Source: the human T2T-CHM13v2.0 reference genome, Homo sapiens
Strand: one strand, 5' to 3'
DNA length: 64,000 bases
Assembly (NCBI RefSeq): GCF_009914755.1
Contig: NC_060944.1
The notes under the pieces are model-generated. The model did no database searches. It was not told the DNA's origin and saw nothing but the letters and a program-made list of their open reading frames with translations. Position 1 is the first letter of the stretch, and the number at the start of each line of letters is the position of its first letter. The position numbers and the translations under genes were made by a program. Of the stretch, positions 27,368 to 41,499 are shown one piece after another.

Positions 27368-29634
27368 TTATATGATTTGGCCGTGTCCCCACTCAAATCT
27401 CATTTTAAATTCCCACCTGTTGTGGGAGAGACCCAGTGGGAGGTAATTGAATCATGGGGGCAGATCTTTCCTGTGTTGTTCTTGTGATAGTGAATAAGTC
27501 TTGCGAGATCTGGTGGCTTTAAAAATGGAATTTTCCCTGCACAAGCTGTCTTCTCTTGTCTGCCACCATATGAGATGTGCCTTTCACCTTCCACCATGAT
27601 TGTGAGGCCTCCCCAGCCACATGGAACTGTAAATCCAATAAACCTCTTTCTTTTGTAAATTGCCCAATCTCGGTTATGTCTTTATCAGCAGTGTGAAAAT
27701 GGACTAATGCAGTAAACTGGTACCAGTAGAGTAGGGTGTTGCTGAAAAGATACCTGAAAATTTGGAAGTGACTTTGTAACTGGGTTACAGGCAGAGGTTG
27801 GAACAGTTTAGAGAGCTCATAAGAAGACAGGGAAATGTGGGAAAGTTTTGAACTTCCTAGAGACTTGTTGAATGACTTTGACAAAAATGCTGATAGTGAT
27901 ATGAACAATAAGGTCCAGGCTGTGGTGGTCTCAAATAGAGAGGAGGAACTTGTTGGGAACTGGAGCAAAGGTGACTCTTGTTATGTTTTAGGAAAGAGAC
28001 TGGCAGTATTTTGTCCCTGCCCTAGAGATCTGTGGGACTTTGAACTTGAGAGAGATGATTTAGGGTATCTGGTGGAAGAAATTTCTAAGCAGCAAAACAT
28101 TCAAGAGGTGACTTGGGTACTCTTAAATGCATTCAGTTTCAGAAGGGAAATGGAACATAAAATTTGGAAAATTTGCAGCCTAACAGTGCAGTAGAAGAGA
28201 AAATTCCATTTTCTGAGGAGAAATTCAAGCTGGCTGCAGAAATTTGCATAAGTAATGAGGAGCTGAATGTTAATCACCAAGACAATGGGGAAAATGTCTC
28301 CAGGGCATGTCAGAGACCTTTGTGGCAGTCCCTCCCATCACAGGCCTGGAGGCACAGGAGGAAAAAATGGTTTAATGGGCCACACCAAGGGTCACCATGC
28401 TGTGTGCAGCCTAGGGACTTGGTGCCCTACATCCCAGCCACTCCAGCTGTGGCTGAAAGGGGCCAACGCAGAGCTTGGGCCATGGCCTCAGAGGGTGCAA
28501 ACCTCAAGCCTTGGCAGCTTCCACATGGTGTTGAGCCTTGTGAGTGCACAGAAGTCAAGAACTGAGGTTTGGGAACCTCCAACTAGATTTCAGAAGATGT
28601 ATAGAAATGTCTGGATGCTCAGGCAGAAGTTTGCTTTAGGGGTGGGGTCCTCACAGAGAACCTCTCCTAGGGCAGTGCATTGGGCAGTGTGGGGTGGGAG
28701 CCCCCACACAGAGTCCCTACTGGAGTACTGCCTAGTGGAGCTGTGAGAAGAGGATCACTATCCTCCAGACCCCAGAATGGTAGATCCACTGACAGCTTGT
28801 ACCATGTGCCTGGAAAATCTGCAGACACTCAATGCCAGCCTGTGAAGGCAGCCGGGAGGGAGGCTGTACCCTGCAAAGCCACAGGGGTGGAGCTACCCCA
28901 GACTATGGGAACCCACCTCTAGCATCAGTGTTACCTGGATGTGACATATGGAGTCAAAGGAGATCATTTTGGAGTTTTAAGATTTGACTGCCCTGCTGGA
29001 TTTCAGACTTGCATGGGCCCTGTAACCCCTTTGTTTTGGCCAATTTCTCCCATTTGGATCAGCCATATTTACCTAATGCCTGTACCCCCATTGTATCTAG
29101 GAAATAACTAACTTGCTTTTGATTTTACAGGCTCATAGGCAGAAGGGACTTGCCTTGTCTCAGTTGAGACTTTGGACTGTGGACTTTTGGGTTAATGCGG
29201 AAATGAGTTAAGACTTTGGGGGAGTGTAGGGAAGGCATGATTGGTTTTGAAATGTGAGGACATGAGAATTGGGAAGGGCCAGGGGCAGAGTGATATGGTT
29301 TGTCTCTGTGTCCCCACCCAAATCTCATCTTAAATTTCCATATGTTGTGGGAGGGACCTGGTGGGAGGTAATTGAATCATGGGGGCGGGTCTTTCCTATG
29401 CTGTTCTCGTGATAGGGAATAAGTCTTAGGAGATCTGATGGCTTTAAAAATGGGAGTTTCCCTGCACAAGCTCTCTTCTCTTGTCTGTCACCGTGTGAGA
29501 TGTGCCTTTCACCTTCCACCATGATTGTGAGGCCTCCCCACCAACATGGAACTGTAAGTTCAATAAACCCCTTTCTTTTGTAAATTGCCCAGTCTCGGGT
29601 ATGTCTTTATCAAGTGTTAAAGTGGACTAATACA
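27368..29634 (+). mobile_element. Full-length THE1B MaLR provirus (LTR 27368-27711, internal 27712-29290, LTR 29291-29634)
   Basis: Two 344-bp LTRs, approx. 1.6 kb THE1-int and a perfect 5-bp TSD GCATG; inserted in TG/TA-rich sequence. Confidence 0.97.
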
Positions 29635-31630
29635 GCATGCTAATATGTGTGTGTGTGCATGCCTACACTTGTGTGTTTTAAATAAATAAAGGTCCTCCAA
29701 TAATGGTAAGTAGTAATGATACTGGTAATATGAATGGTAGTCTGTCAGTAGTAATGAAGCCTTTGTTCGGGAAATATGACTTTTGAAATGTAGAATTCAT
29801 GTCAGTCATTGGAATAGACTAGTACCTTTGACGTGCAGAAGCCAATCTGATTGCTAAGGTGAAGCTCATAGCCTAGACTTGGTTCAGGGGGACTCCCTCC
29901 TGCTATTAAGGTTAGAACCAGGGTAGAAGTTGGCTGCTGCTTCAAAGGGCTGGAAACTCTGAATACCTACTTAAGTACAATAGCCCACTCCTCTGATAAG
30001 CTGTGATTGGTTTGCTTTTTTCTCCCTCCAGCACATGATTTTGATTTTACTCCTTTCAGCTTTAGAGCTGCCTTAAAGATTAATTTAATCTAATTTCATA
30101 TTGGTTATAATTCTGGAGTTTGTAGGTAGGAGAGTACAATGAGGTTTTTAAGATGGCCCCTGGGATGTTCTTGGGCGGAGAACTAGTAGTAGCAGGATTA
30201 GTGACAAAAGGCAATAGGTTTTTGTTTGTTTGTTGGTTGGTTAATTTTTTTTCTGTTTGTTTACTAAAATGCAGATTTCACCAAAGCAAGAATATCCGGA
30301 ATAGTCAGGATGTGCTTAGTCAGTTACCTCTGTGGGCGGATGCTCCCCTTGCTCTTTTTTCCTTTCCTTTTATTGGTAACTTGTAATCAGCTGCTACTTT
30401 AGTTTAATGAGAAAAATAACAGTTTACATTACATCTAGATTAAAGAAACTGCTAGACGAACAGGGGTGGGCAAGTTGTCAATGGCATCTAATAAATAGTA
30501 GTAAGTAATTAGCACAGGTCTGATGGATTTGAAGGAAAGTAAAAAACTAGGGAAGAGGAATTGTGGATTGGGGAAACATAGCTGTAATTTGAGAATAACA
30601 CATCAAGAAAATAAGAATGAAGCACTGAAGTCAGAGATCTGTGGGGACTGTGTTGGGGAGAGGGTTGGGGGCATCTCGTCTGAGGAACAAATAGAGTAGA
30701 GGAACATCTCATGCTGGGTTTGTACTCTGCTCACCCTGCTCCACTCCACCTCTCAGGCTTTTGGTTTTATCAGATTGTGTCTATAACAAAGCCAGATAAA
30801 AGTGACAAAGAAGTGCAGTTCAAGGTTCTGCTGTCCTTCCCTTGTCTCTGGGAGTTAGCAAGTCACCTTTAAATGAGAAAACAGTGTGACCTTACGTACT
30901 TCACACGGCCATTCTGAGACAAAGTTGGAGAAGTGTCATGCATCACTGCACTCTTCTAAGGGGTGGAAGGAATCAAGCATATTCCAGACCTAGGAGGGAT
31001 TTCTTAGGAATTCACACTGATGTAATTTCAAAACTCCCAAGACAGCCACCACTTGTCTGGCATTAGCTAACCTATGACACTTCACTCAATTGCATTTTGA
31101 GCTCCTGACTTAGTTCATTCAGTAACGTTTTTGCCCCAGGATGCCAAAGCAAACACTGGTCCTGAACTTTGCCTCTTGAACTACATTCTTCACCATGATG
31201 CCCTTCCAAATTCCCTATAGATGTTTTCACTACTGGTGTGTACAGGAAGGAAGTTCACTTTGACTAATAACCAACTCTGTTATTTCTAGTGGAGTGATCA
31301 TTTGTCTCTTCTGTCCATTGGCCTCCCTTTGATTCAAGCAGTGGGGTGTGTAGAGGAAGCTCTGCATCCACTTGACAAGCCTTTTAGGTCCCAACAGCAG
31401 TGGACTCCTTATCAGGGCTACTCATAAAAGGCTAACCTTCCAAAGGAAACTTGTCAGGGCTCAGCTGTTGGCAAGATGGATTAACAAGTGCTTCCAGCTA
31501 ATGGAGTAGACATTGGTGACTTAATGAGGGTAGTTTGAAATCTTAGCTGTATTCTCTTATTCTTTTTTTTTTTTTTTTTGAGGATGATAAATGAGTTTAG
31601 TTCTTTCTTAGCTAAGAAATGCCAATGATT

Positions 31631-31814
31631 TATTTTTATTATTCTTATTTTTATTTTTTATTTTTTAGAGATATGGGGCCAGGGTCGGGGGCAGGGAAGG
31701 AAGGGAAGTCTCACTAGGTTGGCCAGAATGGTCTCAAACTCCTGGCCTCAAACAATCTTTTCACCTGGTCCTTCCAAAGTGCTGGGATTACAGGTGTGAG
31801 CCACCTTGCCCTGC
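31631..31814 (-). mobile_element. FLAM/AluJ monomer with a G-rich insertion
   Basis: 16-bp TSD AGAAAT(G/A)CCAAT(G/T)ATT at 31615 and 31815. Confidence 0.88.
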
Positions 31815-32469
31815 AGAAATACCAATTATTAAAAACTCAGAGGTTGTAGTGCAACATATTTGGGAGTGGTCACACCCCATGGCCTTTGATTTTAGTCTGA
31901 AGATTGAAAATAACCTTTGGATTTTACCTTGACAAGGAAGTTGTTCCTCAGTGGACACAGACATCATAGTTGGCATAGAAACAGCTGTTGGGTTATTCCT
32001 GGGCCATTGAAGACATGGCACCTGGCCCAGTCTGAATGGTTGTTCTCTCCTGGTTGCTTGTTTAAATAAAGGTTAAGCAAAAATTCTTTTTTGGTTTTGA
32101 TTTCAGGAAGAAATAAGGGAGTGACTGCAATGTTATCTGAAAATGAGCATTTCCTGTTTCCTCAGGCATTTCTTTATGACCCCCATTAAAGTTAATGAAT
32201 AACCAAGTGTCTGACACAGTTGAGCGTAATATGCCTCACCTAAGGTTCCCGGTGGCTGCACATTTTTGTGGGAAATGACCTTCAGTTCCTGCAGATCCAT
32301 TATTAGGCAATCTCTTAGTTATAGACTTTATCTTCCCAAAACATTCAAATCACATATTAGCCAAATCACTTAGATACCGTCCTAAGTGCTGGAACTCTTT
32401 AAGTCTTGTTAGCAGAAAAGGCTAAAGTTTAGGTAAATAAGCAGATCTGTTCCACAAATGATTCCTCAC

Positions 32470-32542
32470 CTTAGGTATTTATGAAAAAGCTCTGATAAAC
32501 TTTTGAAAGCAGAAAAAGACGTTAAAAAATCTTACTGTGAGC
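32470..32542 (-). other. Candidate 73-nt exon
   Basis: Minus strand GCTGAT...TTTATGTTTTCAG| acceptor and AAG|GTGAGG donor. Confidence 0.2.
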
Positions 32543-33958
32543 CTGAAAACATAAACATAAATCAGCTAAAAGATAATTTGCCTTAATAGGTAGTGGGCGA
32601 TGGGGGAGGAGAGTGATCAGGGCTCACCCTGGCAAAATTGTCTCTGCCGGATGTTTCAGGTTCGCCTTCTCTCCCCGTCACCTCCTCAGAATCTTAGGAG
32701 ACCACATAGGATCAATCCTTGTTCAAAGGCAAAGGCAAAAAAAGTATGACTGCAAATATGTGAAGTACGATTTGGCACGGAGTTCATTTTGGGACCCTAA
32801 GTCCTCTAGGCGGTACAGCTATATATTGCAATGGACTGAGTGTTTGACACACTTGCCCAGAACTCCTGCATACAAATGAGGAGTGGCATCCTTAACCTCA
32901 GGCAGTTAAATGTTCCATTCCCCTGAAACTACCATTTTCCAAAGAGCTTTGGAATTGTCTTAGGGCCTATTTAAATGCCATAGGAAAAAAGTTAATTTCA
33001 TTTCTTTTTATGGTCCCATGTCATTTTTAACCCCTAGTAGTAGCAGTATTTCTAGCTGTTAAAAGTAAGTATTTTTGAGTCACAAATCTAACAATTGATT
33101 TGTGGCAATTTGTTTAACCTCCTAGAGCCACAGCTTACTTATTTCTGGAATGGTATGATAGTAAAATCTACCTTATGGGGCCTCTCTGAGGATTATGGAT
33201 AAAGCGGTTAACACAATTCCAGGCAACTAGTAAGCATTCAAAATGTGTTACTATTATTACTGGGATTGTTGCCGCCGTTGTTATTAAACAACTTGTTCAC
33301 ATACCTTTTTTCACTCGACTTGGCTCAGAATTCTACCAGACTGTTCAGAAAAATCAAGTGTGTGTTTAATGTACAGTATTTTAAAGTCACAAATCCAGAG
33401 GCTTTTAAGAATAAGTTACAAGGTCTGAAGTGATTTTTGAAAGTACACTGAGCGGAGTAGATCCTGTTGAATATATTCCAGGCTCTAAAATGACTATTTC
33501 TAAAGGAGATGATGCTGTGGAATATGTTATAAAGGAACAAAAAATTACTTTACTCTGTAGACACATTTCATAGTTTTTGTGCAATTTTCTAGTTTCAACA
33601 GCTTGTCCAATATGTATTGAATATATATTCTATGAATGATATGTGCTAGATTCTCCTTGGGATGCCATGTTATAGAGGTCTTCAGAACGCTTTCATTAAG
33701 ATTCATTCATATGTCAGGACTTAAGATATATATATATATAAGAAATCTCATGAACAGAAGTTTCAGAAATCAGTTCATTGCTTGCCTGAATTCAAGGAGA
33801 AAGAAGTCTTCAGAGTGAAGCTCTGGATCTAGGAGAGAATTTTCTCCTCAGCCTGTTTTCAGGAAGTGGCTTCTGTGTCCTCTGTGCTTGGAAATTGGAC
33901 GATTTTGGTTAATGTGGAAGATCTTAATGAATACTTTCTAAGAGTAAGGCTATATACA

Positions 33959-34252
33959 GGTCAGGCACGGTGGCTCATGCCTGTAATCCCAGCACTTTGG
34001 GAGGTCGAGGCGGGCAGATCACCTGAGGTCAGGAGTTCGAGATGAGCCTGGGCAACATGGCGAAATCCCGTCTCTACAAAAAATACAAAAACTAGCAGGG
34101 CGAGGTGGCGTACACCTATAATTTCAACTACTCGGGAGGTTGAGGCAGAAGAATTGCTTTTACCTGGGAGGCAGAGGCTACAGTGAGTAGAGATTGTGCC
34201 ACTGTACTCCAGCCAGAGAATGAGACTCTGTCAAAAAAAAAAAAAAAAAAAA
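33959..34252 (+). mobile_element. AluSx/Sz
   Basis: GATCACCTGAGGTCAGGAGTTCGAG; poly(A) tail. Confidence 0.95.
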
Positions 34253-35185
34253 GGCTTTATAAATATCAATATCAAGTCCATCCCTCCTTGCCCTGTGTTT
34301 ATGGGGAACAGTAGCAACATGGCCAAAGTCTTGCCCAAGGCGAGGTTTAAATTTTGCAGAGGCATTTGACTCTCTTACAGATTGTCTTCAAGAAACAGGA
34401 AGGAAGGGTTTCTTCAGAAACTCCTGGAGGAATCTATGTTTTTAAGTGACATTGATGCTTCATATGTTTGCCTCTGAAGATATAACTTGTTTTATTGGAG
34501 ACTGAAACTACCTATTTGCTATATCTGAGAGGTTACTCATCAGTACCCACATCTGGCATTCGCACTGACCATTCTTTGTACAAGAGCTTGGTTTTAAAGG
34601 CCATAAATCTGATATCTACACTAGATTGAAAACTATCTAATAAAGCTCCTTCTCAAGCATAATTTACTACGGTGGGATGCTGATGAAACAGAAGGATTTA
34701 CATATGAGTTTTATTTTTAAAAATTTATTTGTAACATCAATGTCCGGAATTTCTGCAGACATTTAAAATTATTGTTTAATATTTAAATTATTTATTCTAA
34801 AAATATACTTTCACATGGGGTATATAAATAATAAAGACTTAGATTAAAAGAAGAAACACAGGTAAGATTATGTTTATAAAAATAAAAACAATGTTTATGT
34901 AAGTAATTAATTAAAAAGTATTCTGTGAATACAAAGCAGTATCAAGATGTGTGTGTTTGAATTATATGGTTTTTTTTAAAAAGTATGTTACCATATAGCG
35001 ACATATAGAATTTTAGCTTTTTTGGAAACAATCCCAATTATTTCATATATTACTTTTCTGGATGAAGGGATGGTATGGAATAATGGAATAATCAGTGGAT
35101 ATTCCTGATAATGTTTTAAAAATAGAGAAATATCCTGGGTGAAGAAAACTTCCTTTGGTGTTGATTTGGATCTGATTAATGATTT

Positions 35186-35811
35186 TGATACCAGTGGGCT
35201 AGGGAAGATCCCCAAATGCCAGTGAAACCTTGGCCTCAGCTGCTGTCCAGGCTCTTGACACCGTCCTGAGAATGAATTCAAGGATGAGTTGGAAAATAGT
35301 GGAAGTACACAGATTTATTACAAAGCAAAAAGTACGCATTCAAGAAAGGGCAGTGCAGGCAGATTCAAGAAAAGGGAGTGGAGGCAGACTCAAGAGAGAG
35401 TCAGGTGCAAGGGGGTTGGGACTGCTACCTTTATGGGATTCTGTAACCAAGGGGTAGAAGATTCATGAAGATTCCTGGAACAAGGTGGAGATTTCTTGGA
35501 ACTCTGGTACCACCCATTTTTGCACTAAATATGGATGTTTCTAGAACTGTCATAGCGCTGGTGGGTGTGTAATTTAAGATGTTAATGAGCATATAATAAG
35601 GTCCTAGGTGAAATCTAGGTCAAATCCAGTGCTATGTTGGGTCCGGTCCGTTTTAGGTCGGTCATAGCTTGGTCCACACCCAGATTTTTTCAGGATCTTA
35701 TCTACCCCTAGCTTCTGCAGCTATTTCAACCGTTTCTTTTTGCTAGTCATGTGAAACTGCTGCCTGGAATTTTCTATGTTCCTACAATCACCCTGTATTA
35801 TTCCTATGTCA
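35186..35811 (-). mobile_element. ERV1 solo LTR, MER41-family (D/E-like)
   Basis: TG...CA termini and 4-bp TSD ATTT; reverse strand AGGAATAATACAGGGTG...AAAATTCCAGGCAGCAGTTTCACATGACTAGC and CCCACCAGCGCTATGACAG. Confidence 0.8.
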
Positions 35812-35831
35812 ATTTTAAAAGGAATTATTTG

Positions 35832-35887
35832 TCTCTGGGGATCTTCATGAGCTGTGGTTTCTCTGGGGATCTTGATGAGCTGTGGTT
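35832..35887. repeat. 28-bp tandem duplication
   Basis: TCTCTGGGGATCTT(C/G)ATGAGCTGTGGTT twice. Confidence 0.92.
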
Positions 35888-36328
35888 ACATAGCTCTAAA
35901 ATGGTCCTGAGGATGGGTCAGTTTTTACAAGTAGCCGGCAGCTTAAATGGGGTAGGCAGTTACACTGGTCATTTCACTGAATACATCAGCTGGCCTGGCA
36001 TTTCACTTGAGGTCACCAATTCTGAGCCCCAGAGAGGAGCCAGCTGTTCACATTTCCAAAACCCCTATGTCAACGAATGGGTTTTGGAAATGTGATCAGC
36101 CTCATATTTAATATCGGGAGATACACAATAGATAAAAAATGTTGCCTTTGGAAGGATGTGACTTGAATAATGCTGCAAAAGGTGGAACACAATTTGAGTG
36201 AGTTAAGAAGCCCAGGGTAGTTATTTTGGAAGTTGCAGATTTGCTAGCCTGCTATGTTGAGATATCTCTGAAGACAGGGGCTCAACTCCACCAGGACCTG
36301 AGGTCTTTGCTTAAATAACCCCACATAA

Positions 36329-36689
<361 letters not shown>

Positions 36690-39600
36690 GAGAACTATGT
36701 TTCTTAAACTTAATCTGCAACATGACTTTAATATTCTAAATCTCTAATTAGTAGCCTTGGGCTGGGGGAAGGCCCCCTGAAAGTTATTGATAAGAAAAGT
36801 TATGATATATTACTCACATGCATTATTTTTGCTCCAGGAAGATAAAGATCAAGAAGGGGCAGAATTCTGTGTCTTTCTGTGAGACTGTCTCTTTTTCAAC
36901 ATTTATTTAGTTTCCATGTGAAACTCCTTACACTGTTGTAAACTAGTTTCTTGCCCTGTACACAGCTTGCTGGGCCTGCTGCTGTTCTTGATGGCCTAGT
37001 AGGAAAGGAAATGGCTTGAGACACTTTCCACCTTTCCTAATCCTTCTTAAGCCTTGAATGATGTCAGTGCAAACACCAAGTGAAAAAAAAAATCTCACGT
37101 TGCCCCATTTCCCAACTGTTTGACCACTGCCTGTTCATGGACAGTGAACCCACTCATACCATAACAACTTTGCATCATTTTTTTTTTAAAGAATTGACTA
37201 CACATCAAACACAAATGCCTAGGTCTTGGGTAGATTCCAACAAAACATTACAGTGAGAAAAATAAGAAAAAATATGTTACAGTGAGCAAAGCCCTCAGCC
37301 TCTGCACTGAATATCCTTAGCCCTTCATTTTCATCAGATTTTCTTGAATCACAGACCTAAGGAATTTATTTTCTCTACTTTGCAAAGGAGCTAACTGAGG
37401 CTGTAAAAGACAATGCTCCCAATGACTCTGACTTCAAGAGACAAGACTATGATAAGGACCAAGTTACTTTATTTCCAGCCTTCAATTTGATTTATTGTTT
37501 TTATTTATGCACTGCCTACTTCAAAAAGTGATTTGAGGGAGACTACAGATCAAATTCCCTTTCAAAATAGATCTCACTTCTTTGGGGGAAGATGAAAGGG
37601 TAAGGGTGAAGCAAGGTGACACATTTTAGTTGACAATCTCTAGACTTGGGCTGTCATAGACTAGAGTTGGATTCAGTTATCTAATTTGCACCACCTTAAT
37701 TAATGCTCCAGGTCTACAGGTACATAGTGTGAATTTAAAAGTTTGAAATATTCAGATCAAAATGGTTATAACTGTAACCATTCACCTATCATCCATCCAT
37801 CCAACTCTCCATCCATCCATCCATCCATCCAAAAGACATTTATTGATCTCCTACTCAGTATTAAGCACTTGTCATATTGAGTGGGTGGTGGGAGGAGAGG
37901 ATAGAGTCAGGTGTTAACGCATATATGTACACATAACTACAAATTATAGTAAGAGCTGTGTTAAATATGGCAACCATTTTTTAAGTCTAGAATTTATTTG
38001 AGGCTATGCAGTAGAGAAAATAACTCATTTATTTCTGGGTAAGTAGTTTAAGGATCACTTTTCCAAAGTGAAGTCTTTTCTTAAAAATAGAAATTTCTCA
38101 TCTACAACATTCATCATAGAAAGAATGCAGCATTGCATCAGAACTGATGTTCTTGCTCATAAAATAAACAAAACACAATGGTGTCTCTATCTGTAGAATG
38201 TAGGTGTTGTAACACATCTGCCTAGAAGCTAGTTAAAATGCATGTTGTTCTTATATTTCAATTAGAAGTAAGCAGACTTGATTGTCTAACACAAAAACTC
38301 AGTTGCTTTGATGTATTTGTTTTTGCATATGGTTCAAATTATCATCAAAACTGTATTATCAGTGATAATATACTAATGCAGTAGGTTGACATTAGGGGCT
38401 GACTAGCTGACTGTTGCCATATATAATTAATCCAAAGTAATGTGATATGGCCTTTAAGATGTAAAAGAATTTACACAAATTATTTTCTCCCATTATTTCC
38501 AGAGATTAGATGTTATGGAAAAGACTTTTAAAAGATGACATGATTTAATAGCCTTTTCCTAAGTAGACTATAATACCTGTAATGCAGAAGAATTTAGAAC
38601 TTTTAGACATGCATCTAGTTTACACATTTAAAAGCTAAATGTATATCGTATATTGTGAAGTTCCTTTCTTTGAAATTTTTTTAAAAATCAGATTTGAAAA
38701 GCCTTTTTGCCTATGATGTTTTAGAGATAATACTGCTGGAAAGCAAGAACCTGACATAAAAGTCCATAACGATAGCTTTCTAGGCTCTAATCCTGTGATT
38801 CCACTAGAAATATCTTTTGGGTGGGCATGACATTAACCATCCTGTCTTACAAATACAATAGAATATTTAATGATCTTCCATTGTATTCTGGAAAATAGAC
38901 TGCATTCTCTTTCTCTATCTGCCTCCCTCTTTCTCCCTTCTCTTGTCCTTTCTGGTACTTTGCCAGAAACCGCCTGTTTCTTTCCTGGAGTCCAGTAATT
39001 GAAGGTAATTTTTTGGAAGATGGTTTCAATTATCTAAAGCCAGTGGAATGTTTAACTGCCCCTTGCTATTCGTGAACTTGTTTACAGTGGGATTTCAGAT
39101 GAATTCAGATTACATGCAACCAGATGTTATCTGCTATGGTTACTTTTTTTTTTTTTTTGGTGAAGGAAAATTGTATGAGGGAGGGGTCTTTGATATCATA
39201 TTTAGATCAACTGCCCTCAAATTCTTGGAAGTGTGCCCCTGGGATAAAGTTTTGGGGTAAACTTTTGATCCCAACCAATGAACATCCAAATATGAGAATA
39301 TACATTCTCTGTGTAATAAATTTAAGATCTTCCCATTTTCTGTGTGTCTTTATATGATACTAATCCAAAAAAATTGCCTCACAAAAATATTTTGTCATCC
39401 ATCTAAGTTAGAGATAAAACAATTATAAACTGAAAGCTCATTCTATTCTTACTCTGCCTAAACATCACAGATTTACTGTCATGCTGCCCAGATAATAGAA
39501 AATAAATGTTGTGATATTTAACAAGAAAAAAAATCTGAAGTAATAAAAGTCACCTGTGAAACAACAACTAAATGCTCTAGTCTGTAGACAGTTGAAGACT

Positions 39601-40735
39601 AATTTCCTTAACTGACAGCTGAAGTGAAGGCTTAGTAAGATGTATTATTTGTAAAGGTTGAACTTTAAAATCTGAAAGAGAAGTTGAATACACAAATCTT
39701 AGCTTAGAAAACAGATAGATATAATCAATCTTTATGAAATAATTATTTGCCTTATTTAGGAATCCAGCATACACTTAAGAGATTTTTTTTAAAGTTGGTT
39801 TGCAATGTAATTAAAATATGATTTAATTTTCAAAGTTTAATTGCACACAAACTTTTAGAAAAATGAAACTATCTCTTGTTGAATCTTCAAGAAGGCATCA
39901 GGCATGATTTTGCTCCCCTATAGGTTGGAGAAGACATCCAAGAGTTTTAGGATTAAGAGAATACAAATGCCTTTACATACACAGACATGCCTACATGCAT
40001 GCATATGTGTGTACACATACATGTACAGGATAGATATGTACATACATACATATAATATTTTTTCTTAGCACTTAGTTATATAGCACTTGCCATATTACCT
40101 GAATGTAGTTTACACTTCATTGAATAAAAAAAAAGAACAAATAAAACAATTCAAGATTTTCTGCAAGCAGAAAAGGGATGCCCAACAGGAGCTGTGGGCT
40201 TCAAGGGATGTAACCACTATCAAAATCACGCTCTGGAAGGAAAGAGTGTGTTAGGAAGGAAAAACGTTCTTGATCTCTCTTCCCACCACCTGTTCTCCCG
40301 GGGCCTCTTGTTGCACTCACCTAACAGGAAGGCAGATGGCACGGGAGCAGGTTGAAGAGTAGGGGATCAACCTCCCCAGTCAAAAAGCAGAGCAGAGCTG
40401 ACTGGAGAGGTTCACTTGAAGCTAGGAGTTTGAAACCAGCCTGGGCAACAAAGTGAGATCCCATCCCCACCAAAAAATATATAATAAATAAAAAGGAAAT
40501 AGAAAAAAAGCAGAGTAGAGAAATACGAAAATGAATATGGAGGAACAGAGAAACACCAGCACACCAATATCTCTCACTGATCTATGTACTACTGTTCTTA
40601 TGATTTGAACTTCATGCAAAAATGCCACTGTTTCAATTATTTTTCTACTAGTGTAGATTATAGTCTTTCCAGTCAATGAATGTAGTAATTACTAATCCAC
40701 ATAATGTTCCATTATGACTTAGATTTGGTTGATCT

Positions 40736-40878
40736 GGCTGTGCATGGTGGCTCATGCCTGTAATTCCAGCACTTTGGGAGGCCAAGGAAGGAGGATTACT
40801 TGAGCCCAGGAGTTTGAGAGAAGCCTAGGCAACACAGTGAGACTTTGTCTCTAAAAAAAGAAAAAAAAGTAACAACAA
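40736..40878 (+). mobile_element. FLAM_C-like Alu monomer
   Basis: Left arm only plus A tail; a further short Alu fragment lies at approx. 40423-40465. Confidence 0.88.
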
Positions 40879-41271
40879 ATTTAGTTGTTTTTTTCAAATG
40901 AGAATTTTAATTATGAACCAAATATATAATGGAAATACAAAACTACATCATAATATTTACCTGATTTATTTTAATATATACTATATATATGGCCTTTTAG
41001 TAACCAACTGTGTACACAAAATGCATTTGATAATGCAGTGTCAAGTTGCAGAATCATTTTAGAGATAAGATATGGAATATTAAATATCATTTTTGTGTTT
41101 TACCTATTGTGTGTTTTATTTTACTTGAAAATAAAACTTGTAGAGAGATGGGATTAGTTACTTGGTAAATTATAAGAAGAAATACAGTTTCCTCAAATAA
41201 TTTTACATATGAAAAATTAGACGTAAGATGAATACTTAATTGACAAAAGAAGTAAGTCTAAATAGCCATAT

Positions 41272-41430
41272 GGGTCAGGTGCGGTGGCTCACACCTGTAA
41301 TCCCCACACTTTGGGAGGCTGAGGCAGGAAGATTGCTTGCACCAAGGAGTTCAAGCCCAGCCTAGGCAGCGAAGTGAGACCCTGCCTCTACCAAAAAAAA
41401 TAAAATAAAATTAATAAATAATTAATAAAA
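41272..41430 (+). mobile_element. FLAM_C-like Alu monomer
   Basis: Left arm only plus AT-rich tail. Confidence 0.88.
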
Positions 41431-41499
41431 TGAAACAATCATATGTAATGCTCATTAAATTTCAAGGGGCTAAATTTATATGCACATAATACATGAAAA

